A stretch of 64,000 nucleotides of DNA from contig CM102284.1 of the NCBI GenBank assembly GCA_046563655.1, positions 8,246,001 through 8,310,000 on the forward strand. The letters are read 5' to 3'. The position numbers and the translations under genes are program-made. This document shows, piece by piece, positions 1 through 12,300 of the stretch (its first letter is position 1; each line of letters begins with the position of its first letter). Origin of the DNA: Yuukianura sp. NJ FZ-2021 (Eukaryota). The notes under the pieces were generated by a model. That model did not search any database. It was not told the DNA's origin and saw nothing but the letters and a program-made list of their open reading frames with translations.

Positions 1-11
1 ATGAAGGATTT

Positions 12-340
12 GGAGGGAGTAACTATTTTCCTTCATATTTTTCAAAAATGTAGGCTGTGATCTCGAAATTTTTCAAAAAACAGAATTGGAGGGAGTAACT
101 ACTGAGCTTGAATTCAAAGGAGGACTAGAGTGAGTAACTATTGCAATTTAAAAAAAAGTGGAGGGAGTAACTACTGAGCTTGAAATTTTTCCCAAAACAG
201 AAACGGAGGGAGTAGTACTGAGTGAGCTTGAATTCAAAGAAGGAATGGAGGGAGTAACTTTTGAAATTTGAAACAAAGTGGAGGGAGTAACTGAGGTTGA
301 AATTTTTCGAAAAACGGAAGTGGAGGGAGTAACTACTTGA
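12..340. repeat. Intronic minisatellite, ~40-45 bp degenerate unit with core GGAGGGAGTAACT
   Basis: The core recurs about 7 times in the first 340 bp and gives the repeated SYSLHF peptide in ORF 125..604. Confidence 0.85.
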
Positions 341-348
341 ACACATAC

Positions 349-3300
349 GTGATGAGGAGTGAGGTTGACGATGGTGACTGAAGAAGACATGGTCAGCACT
401 GATGGGTGACACGGACAGTGACTGGTCATGGTCAGGTACACCCAGAAAACCCGCATTTTGACCCAGTTGAAGCGGATTTGCGCTTTGTCCAGGCAGCCCA
501 ACATTTCCCACTGGAGATCTTAGTACGGCTGTACTCTGGGAGGCTATCGTTGAGCAGCGTTTGTCGCTCGAGTCATGCGAAGTAACGCTGGCACCTAAAT
601 TCAAAAAAAAAAAGTTGAAAATTCATTTTGAATTTTAAAAAGTTGAGAAAACTTTTTAGAATTTTACCGGACGTTGTGATTTTTGGCATTTGACCCAGTT
701 TGTGTGACTTGTCTTCCTCGGATGACTGGAGACTAGAGTCGCATGGACTTCCTGGACGTCTGTTGTGGTGGGACTGCGGTGGTCCCACCTCGGTGGGGCT
801 GACCCACATCTCCTCCAGAGGCACTTTTCCTTGAGATTCTAGAAGACCGGGAGTCGAATTACATCTTCCCAGTGCCGCTGCAAAAACGGAGTCACACTCA
901 AAATCTAGCCTCTTTTTCCATTTTGAAAAACATTCACTCCAAAGCCACATCCTACTTTTTTCTTTTTCAAAAACTGAAAATTTTTCAAAATTTCACCTTT
1001 TTCGAGCGGTGCTTTTTTGTACTTTTCGAGCCGTTTGACTGCAATGGCTTCCAGTCTTACACGCGCTGCTGGATACTCTTTGAGAACATCCCACATGTCA
1101 GTTTTTGAAAGAACAAAAAGATCACTGTACCCCACTGATCGAACGCTCGCAGTACGTCGGTTTCCTAAAACAAAAAAAAAGTTTCGAAATTTCAATTTTG
1201 AAAATTCAGTTTTTGACCTTTGCCCCCCGGGGGATCACTCACCCGCTGTGCCCATATTAAGTATTGAGATCTCCCCGAAGTAGGATCCAGGCTTCAGTGT
1301 GGCCAAAACTGTCTTTCCATCGTCTGCAACAACTTGAAGTCTCCCTCTGTTCACAATGTACATCTCCTTTCCAACTTCCCCTAAAACAAAAACAAGAAAA
1401 AATTCAAATTTCGACATTTTTGATTTCGCTAGTTTGTAATTTCGCTCCTTTTTTTCGCTTGTATTAATTTTGCTAGTTTCTAATTTCTTTAGTTTTTTAT
1501 TTTTTTTAGTTTTTAATTTCGCTAGTTTCTAATTTCTTTAATTTCTTTAGTTTTTAATTTCGGTAGTTTTTAATTTCGCTAGTTTGAATTTCGCTAGTTT
1601 TGATTTTCGCTAACTTTTACCTTTTCGGCAAATGTAGTCGCCAGGAGAAAACAAAACTGGGCGGAGCCTGAGAACCAATTCACACAAAAATCCGGCTTCC
1701 GTGTTCTGGAAAATCTCGACACGACGCAGAGTGTCCAAATGGACGTTGATTGCAATCTCAGCTTTCAGTTTATCTAAAAACCCAAAAAACCGAAAAAGTT
1801 GAAAAAAAAACCGAAATTTTAGTTGAAGTTAGTCAAAATTTGGAAAGTTACCGGGTAAGCACCCCACAGCCTTGTCCTCATCTGAACATTTCTGGGTGAG
1901 CCAGAGGTAGTCGAACCACTTGATGACCTTGACCTGCAAGTAGTTCGGCACACGACGCATCCGCATATACGTCTTCACACCGTCCAATTTGGCTGTAAAA
2001 ACAAAAACATAAAACTCAAAAGGAATTAAAGAGAAGAAAACATAATAAAACAATGGGGACTCATTTGCAATAAAAAGTTACTCCCCGCATCCGCTCCTTT
2101 TTCCAATTCCAGCTCCCTCGTAAAATCCACTTCCTACAATTACCTTTGACCTTAGCCGGAATTCCAGCCATTTTAATGACCTTTGACCTCTTTTCAGGAA
2201 ACTTAAACTCTCAAAACCACAACTCATTTCGAGAATTTAACATAAATCGGATAAAAACACAAAAAAAAAATTTAAAACAAATCAGGAACATTTTCGGCTT
2301 AACCCAGGCTCCGAATTGGGTCCCTCGTAAAAAAAAAGTTCAAAGCCAATAATTCTCTCTTTCAAAAAACTGCTTTCCCCAACTTTTTTTTTGTCAATTT
2401 TTTTCCTTTTACTAAAAACAAGAAAGTGGAGGTTGCATGTTCTTTGAAAAGCAAGGTTGTAATCAATCTGTAATTAAATTTGGTTGTAAAAGTGTAGTAG
2501 TAGCAGTGAAAGTTGTAACTCAATTACGATTCTTTCGACATGGCTCAAATTAGAATTTAATTCCGTTTCTTCTTTCACTCAAAATCCAATCTTCTCCTTC
2601 ACTTTCTCCTTAACCTAACCTGAATTAGCCTTCCATTTTATCAACCTAAACCTAAACAATCATCGTTTCTAAACATGAGCTCTTCTTCTTCTTAACTCAA
2701 AGTTTCATGAAAACGCAAAGTCGGCATTAGTGAAAGTGGAAAGAAAAAAGTTTAACGGAAAACACTGGAATCACTTTTAGATTCATCACAACCTTTCTAT
2801 TTAATGAAAAGAGGCTTCTGGAGTGGAGAAAGTTCTCAAATCAGGCTAATGATATCAAGCGATTGGGTTTCCGCCGAGCATTTTAGCCTAAAAATGATGC
2901 TTTCCAACTTTATTTTTGGGAAACTAATCTAATCAAGTTGGAAATTGAGCTAATCCAAACACAAGTCACTCTCCGCCTCCCCACTGACCTCGTGACCTTT
3001 AACTCTAATTTTACTTTAACTAAATCTAAAACACACACACACACGAGGGACTATGTTTAGAAAAGTTTAAAAAAACACTTGAGTGCTGGACTGTAGTGAT
3101 AACGCAGGTTGAAAACTAAAACAACGACTAAACTTTTCATGAAACTGAAAAGAACAAACACAAAACTTTCCAAAGTTAACAAAAAGTCTAAGTTTGTAAT
3201 AACCTAATAAACGTTACATCAAAAAACGTAACATTCGAAAAACTATAGAAATAAGAACTCAAAATTTTGAAATTCGACACAGCAGACTTTCTTTTCAGAA

Positions 3301-6300
3301 GAAAGTGGTCTGGAATACACAAAAGTTTTGTTTCGAAGTTAAAAAAAATGCAACTTTTTTATGAGCAACTTTTTCCTGAAAACTTTTCAAGCGTTTTCAT
3401 CAGCGATTTTGGTTGAAAATGAAAGAAAAAGTGAACTGTTGATGTAAAAGTGAAATGCAGAAGTGTGTTGGAGGCATATGGGAAATGGAGAAGGAACAAA
3501 TTAGATTAGAGCAACTAAAAGTCTCTATTTCTCCTTTTATATCGATCCCTTCACCAAGAGCCTTCTAAGGGGAGGGGGCCCTTAGGCTACTTTCCTACTT
3601 TCTAGTAGAAAGTGAAACTGCTGTTGGAACGTGCAAGTCTAACTACTTTCTTTGTTTTCTTATCTCCCATTTCCATATGTCCAAATTACATTTTAGTTAC
3701 AGAAAAACTACAAATTACACAAGATTTCAAGTTCCAAGTTTCAAAAAATGTGAAATTAACTTTTTAATTTGGAATTTTCAAAATTCGGACTTCCTAGGAG
3801 AAAACGGGCGAAAAAATGGAAACAGTCGAAACCGCATAAAATTTTTACCTAGCATGAAAATTATTTAAAAATTGCTTTCAGTTTTGACCTAGGCAATATC
3901 GCTTTCTCTTTAAAAAATTTTTTTTGAATTGAAGTGTTAATTTTTTCTTTTTGGTTTTCCATTTCCTGTGTAGTATAACGCTGCCTACTTATTTTAATGC
4001 CTTTAAAATAAGATGTAAAAGTTATGTAAAAAGTGAAAGTTTGCTTTCTTAAGTCATTTTCTTCCTGGAGATTTCCTTTCAACTTTGCATTTGTGTTACT
4101 TTTAAAGAAAAGTTTGAACAAAGTTGTCTGTTGCTTGTAGCAAAAGAGCAATGTGGAGTACTTCAAAGTCACTTTCATCTCCATACACAAGCAAAAACAT
4201 AACCTAACAAATTCAAAACCTAACAAGCCTAACTTTAAGCAAAACCACTCTCCTCCCGGGCTTTACTTTGACCACCATAACAAAAAGTCGTCTTTCGAAA
4301 TTTCCAAAACGCTGCTTCCCAAAATTTCTAAAAACGCTCCAGGGTCCACCAGCTCTTGTTAAAACAATCATTCCGAGAATCATTTTGTTCAGTTGACCTT
4401 TGACATAATTGTTTGACCACCACAAACAAACAGGTTGTCCACAGTGTTTGTCACAAAAATAACTTAAAAGTGAAAGTTTAAAGGTTAGGTTAGCCTAACG
4501 TTAAGTTCCGACGAAAATAAACAACTCAAACTGTAGATTCAGAGAAGATGAAAAAGACAACATAGAATTGGCGGAGCGTTTTGAGAAATTGTGTGAACTC
4601 GGTGTGTTCTTTTGTAGTTCCTTCACAAGAACTGAATTTGAAAGCCTACTTTCTCTTTTAGTCTCAAAAGTGATGAATTCAGGAAAACTGCGTCTCTAGC
4701 CCTCAAATAGGTTACCAACCTAACTCATAGAGTAGGTTACTAACCTAACCGTTTCTTTGCTTTCCTCTTCCAAAGCAAGGTTTTTCCACCTGAATAAAAA
4801 GCAGATTCGACAGTTTTGAACTACGAATCCAATCAATTCCAGCTCACAAGCAACGCAATTCTCCTCTCTAGAATGGAAATGAGTCAGGGTTTAGGAAATG
4901 GTTAGCCTAACTTAAGCCTAGTGTGTGGTTCGTTAGGCAAGGAAAAAGTAGGGCGTGATTGATGGGCAATGGTCGAACTTTCACTTTCTTTTCATCAAAA
5001 CACTTAAAATGTTACACAAAAAGTAAAAAAAAAATGCTGAGTTTTTAAAAATATAGATACACTTTTTCAATTTGAAGTTCTCAATTACAGGAAATGGAGA
5101 AACAGGTAAAAAATGACTTCGGAGTTTTGAAAAACAGACTAAATTTTTTAAACACTAAAAAAAACTAAGCTAAAAAAACAGACTTGAAGTGAAAGCTTTC
5201 TCTTTTTATTGAATTTTTTTTGTGGAAGTTTACGATATGTACAGTTATTGATGTTTTTCCGATTCCGGTGGCGATTACTCTTGCGTTTTTTAAATACTAA
5301 AAAAGTTGAGGACTGGTGAAAGCAGAGGCTCAATTTATTGAAATCGCGGGTTCGAATCTCGGAAGGTTTATGGCGTGGAAAACGGCGCTAATAAATTTTC
5401 TCCTGTCACTTTTTCTATCAATTCTTCCACGTTTTTTAAAAAGTCTACGTTTTTCTAAACATTTTTTTAGGTTGTTTTCTCTAAATCACGTTTTTATCTT
5501 TTAGAGTGACCTTAGAAAGGTCACAGTTTAACAGGCTGAGTCCAGTACAACTAAGGCCCCCGTGCGTCTGCCTTCGGTCTCCTTATTTGCTCAACCAAAA
5601 GCAAATAAATAAGTCAACACCAACACATCTTATTTTAGACCCCCCCCCATCTCTCCAAACCCCCCCCCCCCTCCCATCTCGACCCCCTCCCCTTTACTTT
5701 CACTTTTCGAGAAAGTGAGGCAACGACACTTTCTTTTCAAATCAAAAGAGCAGCACAAGGAACAGAAATCATGAAAAATGATGACACTTTTTGTGCTTTC
5801 TTTCTTTTTCTGCTTGGAAAAACCGAAAAGTGAAACGTTTTTAACTAAAACGTGAAATTTTCTAGAAAAAATCTTCATAATTTTTCTTTTTCTGAATCTT
5901 TTTAGGGCAACACGCACTTTCTCTGAGACTGAATAATTAAGAAAAAGAGAGGAAAGCCAAGATTTTCTGTAGCAGTTGAAATTATTAGGTCTTAACATAA
6001 TGTTCTCGCTTGTTCACAAGAACATGCAAAACTTTCTACACTTTCCTTCGTTAAACTAAAAAACTTAAGTGATTTTCAGCTCGTAGTTTGTAACTTTTTG
6101 ATTTTTTTTTTCGAAAAAGTAGTGCATATGTATTACACGGAAAGTGAAAGTGAGCGTGTCCAAGTCCCAAAAGTGCGTGTCCCTTGTAATTTCCAGTCCA
6201 AAAACGGAAATTGTGAAAATTACTACGTGAAAAAAGAGAAAACTGTTTGTACCTTTCTCCACTTTCTGCATTTTTTTCTTTTTGCCAATTTTGTGTTTAG

Positions 6301-9300
6301 CCCTTTGAAGTATTATTGGTTGAGGACATGCAAGGAGCAGGTGAAAGTGAGGCTTAAAGTTAAACTGGACAAAGTCAAGTGGCAAACAAATGACAAAAAT
6401 GCATCTCCGGAGCTTAGACTTTCACTTTCCAACTTTCTGAAAAATAAATCAAAAGTGTTGTTAAAATTTTCTTGCCTTGAAATTCCTTTCTAGCTGCTGA
6501 AACGTTGGTGACGATATTCGCAACATGGCCTAAAATAGTCGCAAACAGAAGTAGACCAGACACTATTTGAAAAATCAAGTAAAAGTATTCTCCTTTCGTT
6601 CTTGGTCCTGGAATTTAAAATTTCAAAGATTCTTTTCAACATTTCGAAATTTTTGGAAAATAATAATGAAATTTTGGAAAATCTTACGAGGTAAGTCTCC
6701 AACAGTGGTTAGGGCGAGAGTAGACCAGTAGAAGCTTTCTAGGTAAAGCATGAGCGTGTCCTTGTCATTTTCTGTTTTGAAAACCCAGTCAGTCGTACCA
6801 AATCCATTGTTTTTCCGGATGATGTGAAACAGACATGCATTCCAGTGGAAGATGACGAACAAGTAGTGCACTAGGCTGATAGACCTGCGCAAAGGTCAAA
6901 GGTCAACAAGGTACTAAAAACTGGACAAGTGATGACCAGGGATGTCAAAAATATTTTGTCTCAAGGCCCCAATCTTAATTAGAAAAAAAATATTTGCGGG
7001 TTTTTTGTCACTATAGTTTATTTTTTTTTTCGAAGGGGTTTTCAAATTAAAAAAAAAAGTCAGTCGCCTTTTACATAATAGAAATTATTAATTTTATTGA
7101 AATTTTGTGTAATGGAGAAAGTGTTTTTGAGAAACTATGTCGCAGTGGAATCGAAAAAAAAAGCAACAAAAAAATCCGCCGTCTAGAAACAGACAAAACT
7201 ATAAATTTGCCCATGCAATTAACGTTAAATAACTAAATATTCGGGTGATTTAAAAAGAAATATTTTTTGTCAATATTTCGCGGGTTTTAGCCCATATTTT
7301 TGACAAGCCTGGTTATGACATTTTAAATTTTGTACCTGAAGAGGTTGGGGTAGTTGGTGTGTCTCTCTGTCCTGTCCATGAATGCCCAAAACCTATAGAT
7401 CTTGACTAGTCGGAAGCACCTCAGGATGGAATTGAATCCAATGGACAAGTAGAGGAAGTCGAGGGGCAGGAGGCAGAGGCAGTCGATGTAGAAAGTGGTC
7501 GAGTTCATGTAGTGGTGCCTTAGTTTGGTCGAATCTGTCTGAAGTACGCCGTCCTCCAAATACCCCGTCCGGAAGTGCACTCCGATGTCCAGCAGGTACA
7601 GAAAGTCAGCAGTGTAGTCCAGGCACAGCCACAGTACAAGAGTCTGATGAGTCATTTCCTAAAACAAACAAAAATAGCTCAGAAAAATAATGAGCCGAGT
7701 GTGATTCGAACCCACGTCGCTTCTCTCCGGGAAGCACTCTAACCCTTGAGCTATCTTGCCCCAACCTTAGAACCCTCCAAAGATGAAGTAAATTGAGACT
7801 GTACACAAACGTCACAGTTTCAAAAATTGAAAATTTCAAAATTTTCAGTTTTTTTTAAATCAAAATTTCGAAATTTTCAATTTTTCCTAGTGGTACCTGG
7901 AATGCAAAACGATAGTTGAGAACCCAGAAGTTGTAGAGGAAGGCGAGTGAGACAACCATGGACCAATAGTAGCACAGTCTCCCTGCTGGATCGAACACAA
8001 AGGTCCATCGACACCCTGTTTTTTCTGATCCAGAGGTAGATGCTTCCCACTTGTCCAGTTTTAGTTTGGTTTTGATGTCTTTCCGCTTGTCTCTCACTTT
8101 TTTGGAAGACAGTTCGAGTTCTGAGGAGCAGGCAGCAGAGTATTGGATCGGGAACTGAGCACTCTTCTGGTTTGCAGCACCGCCAGCACTTCCGGCTGCG
8201 AAAGACTCGCGGGAAAAACGTTTCCGACCGCCTAAACTAACGCCCTGTACACAAAAAGGAACAAAAGATTTCAAGTTTTTAGCGAAAAGTTTCACTATTT
8301 CAAGTTTTTAGCGAAAAGTTTCACTGTTTCAAGTTTTTAGCGAAAAGTTTCACTGTTTCAAGTTTTTAGCGAAAAATTTCCCTATAAAAAAAACAAAGAA
8401 ATTTTTTTTTTACATTTCCAGGAAATACCTATTTCCCTGTAGGAAAAGAAAACAAAAACAAAAAAAACTCAAATTTTTAGCGAAAAATTACCCTCAAAAT
8501 GAAAATTAGCAGAGGTTTTGTTTTCTCCACTAGAAAACTTTCTCTTCAAAAACTGAACGCATAAGTGAAAGTGCTTTATTTTTTGAATTTGGCCATTTTG
8601 TTTAAAACTTTTTTTGAATGTTTGAGAGATCAAGATTCTGAAACAGCTCAATGGTATGTCCATCATTACTCCAGATTTCCGCAACTGTAAATCTGATCTA
8701 TACTTTTTTTTTGACAGGTTGTACAGCGTAAGCTGTGGATTTTTGAAAATGTAAAAAAGATTTTAGATTTTGACTTTCCCACCACTTTAGGTTTGAAGGA
8801 TTGAAGTGAAAGTTGGATTTGAATCCCTTGGGGACTTTGTATTTCCTTTGAATGGGGATTTGTTAGAAGTGGAATGGATTTGGAGTGGAGGAGGAGGAGG
8901 AGGATGGAGGAGGAGGAAGATGGAGGAGGATGATGAGTGAACCCATCTGCTCCTCTACATACAAATGATTCACTTTGTTTTATCCACTTTCTCCTCCTGC
9001 CCCAAAAAGAATTTGGAAACCATGTGAGGCTTTGGCTTGTTCAGACTTCTCCAAATCCATGCAGAATCCTCTGGAGAATGGCCAGGAATTTTCAAAATAA
9101 ATCCAAATCCTTGTTGTGCTCACTTTTCCGCTGAATTTTCGGAAAACCCTGACTTTCTCCCAACTTTGCAAGAAACCAAATTCGTTTAAATTCTGCCGCG
9201 AAAAGCCTAGATTTCACCCCAATTTAAATTCCACAACGAAATCCTGTGCTTAATTATGCCCAAATCACCATGAGTTTCCTTTTCAAACTGTGTAGGTTGT

Positions 9301-12300
9301 AGGTTTTTAACATTGTATTTTGAATTAGAAAAACTTTAACTTTTGTTTGTTTTCAATTTCAAAACTGAAACAAAATAGGAATGACAAGGTTCAGGTCAAA
9401 TTGTGACAAGTTTTCTCGTTTTACAAAACTTTTTGTTCAGGATTTCAGAAAAAAACGTCTTCTGTCATCACCATTTTCTCTTTTTCAAAAAATCTATTTC
9501 AAAATCTTAAGTTTCAAAAAAACATAAAAGAGAACCATGCTGCTCCTGCACTTGGATTCCAATTTTTCAAAATGTCCCTCCACTTGAACTAAAATCCAAC
9601 CACTTTTGTACATAAAGACACAAAAAACGAAAAAAGTGAAAGCCGAGAGTGATACTTTCTCCGTTTTCTTTCTTTCCCGGCCCAACTGCGTGACGGATTG
9701 AGCGGATTTACCTCTCTGACTTTCTCATTCATCTTGTCAAAAGAGAAAGCAGAGGCAAAGGAAAGAATTACAGTGACAAACTGCCAACTCAGGTCAAAAC
9801 AAAATTTTGAAAGAAAAATTTTCGAAAAAAAAAAATTCAAAATCTTATTTTCTTTTTAAAAAATCTTAGTTTCTGTGAAACAATGCTTAAGTAAAAGATC
9901 CTTTCTCCTTTTGTTATGACAGAAATAATTTTTTCCATTTGTTTTCCACACAACCCAGTTTCTCCTGCCTCCGTTGAGACTTTGAGTGAAAGTGTGCCTC
10001 CAAACCTAATGCATATTTTATCATCCCCTGAAATTGGATCCATGCAGATCCAACTCATAAAATAAGGAAAAGGAGCCCTTGAAGGGCTCCCCTTAAATAA
10101 AACAGGACACTCCAAGCTCAATTGAGCCCTTCACTTTTTTACAATTTGGACGAGGCAAAGAGCTTCCTAAAAATACCATCAAAGGAACCTTTCACAAACT
10201 CAAAATTTCTCCCCAGAAACTGGAAATTTGAACTTCCAGTTGAGATACGCCGAAAGCCTTTTGTTTTCTCCACTTTCACGCAAAAACTGAGGCAAACCGC
10301 ATCCACCACAACCGTTTTCGGCGCCAGTTTCAAAAAAGACCCACATTGCCCCTTCAAAAGCACCACCAAGGGCCCCCTATCCCTTACAACACGCCAGTCA
10401 TCAACCAATCATTGCCAAGCTCCTACGTCCTCAGCCAATCACATCCATCCAAAAAATTTGACCTCGTGACCTCAAGGTCACCGTAGTTATCATCCTCTCT
10501 GTTCGAAGCCGTTCAAATTATAACGATTTACTGATGACCAAGGTTCCTTGACAACGAAAAGTTAATTTTCTTCAACAGGTTGGATACTACCTCCAATTTT
10601 TGACCAAAAAAAGCGAAAAAAAAATTACAAAAATATAGTACCAATTTATTACCAGTCTTAAAAATTAGTACCAATTTGCATGTAAAAAAAATTAACTGTA
10701 GCCCCGAAATAAAAACATGCTTTTGTTTTTGTAAAATCGAAAAAAACATGAGGTATTACGCAACCTGCTAAAGAAAATAAAGTCAACAAACGCTGCTGAT
10801 TGCCTCAGATTCAACACTCGAAACAGATTTGGGTTTTATTTGGATTTTAAATGTTGACTTTTTTTCAAAATCCAGAATTTGAAAAAAAAGGAAAACTGAC
10901 ATGCTCCGAGCATGAATCGATGCGCGAAGACATTTCCTTCCGTAGCAGGTGAATTGGTCAAAACAATTTGGCCAAAAGTGAAATGATCAGAGGTGAAAAG
11001 GCCAGAAGTGAAATGGCCAAAAAGTGAAAATATCAGAATTGAAATGGCCAAAAAGTGAAATGGCCAAAATCTAAAAACGCCAAAAAGAAAATGGCCAAAA
11101 AGTGAAATGACCAAAAAGTGAAAACGCCAAAAAGTGAAAAGGCCAAAATATAAAAAGGCCAAAAAGTGAAAAGACCAGAATTAGGAAAAAATTACTTTCA
11201 GTGGGTAACTCGCATTTTCTTTATTTTTTATTTTTATTTGCGAATATGACCCCCTAACCATGAAAAAAAATTTTTTTGGCCCGCTTTCAAAAATTTCGAA
11301 TTTTCGGAAAATTATGAAAAATGCAATTTCGCTATAAGGGCACACGTTAATTTTTTCTCAAAATAGATCTTAGCATATATTTTGTTAGGTTAGGTTACGT
11401 TTTTAAGTGCTTAAGCAATTTTGTTATAGCATTTAGGTTAGATTTGGTTAACTTTCAAAAAATGGGATTTGTTTGTTTAGAAAAAGTTAACATGGAGTAT
11501 TTTCCCATTTTTTACATCTTCTAAAAATTCGAAATATTTCAAGCAGATCGCGAAAAAATATATTTTCGTGGCAGGGGTCATATTTGTATTAAAAAATGTA
11601 GAAAACCGAGTTACCCACTGAAAGTATTTTTTTTCCTAATTCTGGTCTTTTCACTTTTTGGCCTTTTCATATTTTGGCCTTTTCACTTTTTGGCGTTTTC
11701 ACTTTTTGCTCATTTCACTTTTTGGCCTTTTCATATTTTGGCCTTTTCACTTTTTGGCGTTTTCACTTTTTGCTCATTTCACTTTTTGGCCATTTTCTTT
11801 TTGGCGTTTTTAGATTTTGGCCATTTCACTTTTTGGCCATTTCAATTCTGATATTTTCACTTTTTGGCCATTTCACTTCCGGCCTTTTCACCTCTGATCA
11901 TTTCGCTTTTGGCCAAATTGTTTTGGCCATTTCACATGGAATCTTTCCTTCCGCCCGGAACTTAAACCCCTACGCAGTTTTCTCCTGGATGACACTACTT
12001 ATCCCTATTTTTTATTTTCTCTTCTCCTACTCGACTTTTTAGTACTAGAAAACCCATTTTTCCAAAACAGAGTTTTCTAGAAATCTTCTTTAAAAAAAAA
12101 GAAGTTTCATTAAAAAGTGGCATTCACAAATTTGTTGGAGGGAAGAAGGGAGTTGTTTTGGAAATGGGTCTGTCCATGTCCATTTCGAGACGCAGAGGAG
12201 CTTAGGTTTAGATGGAGAAAGTTAATGGACAAAGCAGTCATTACCCCATTTCTTCCTTCCCACTAGACTAAACGTCTACAGAATTCTATAGACTATGTAT

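Noticed and set aside
8690..9171. Possible extra CNG exons around the (GGA)n tract
   Set aside because: No combination of splice sites gave an open frame compatible with the phase-0 junction 16195/8244.
10528..10575. Hammerhead-ribozyme-like CTGATGA...GAAA with a small hairpin
   Set aside because: Stem II does not close adjacent to GAAA, and I could not build stems I and III.
10836..12042. Two near-identical Phe-rich ORFs on opposite strands
   Set aside because: They are translations of the inverted arms of the Foldback element.
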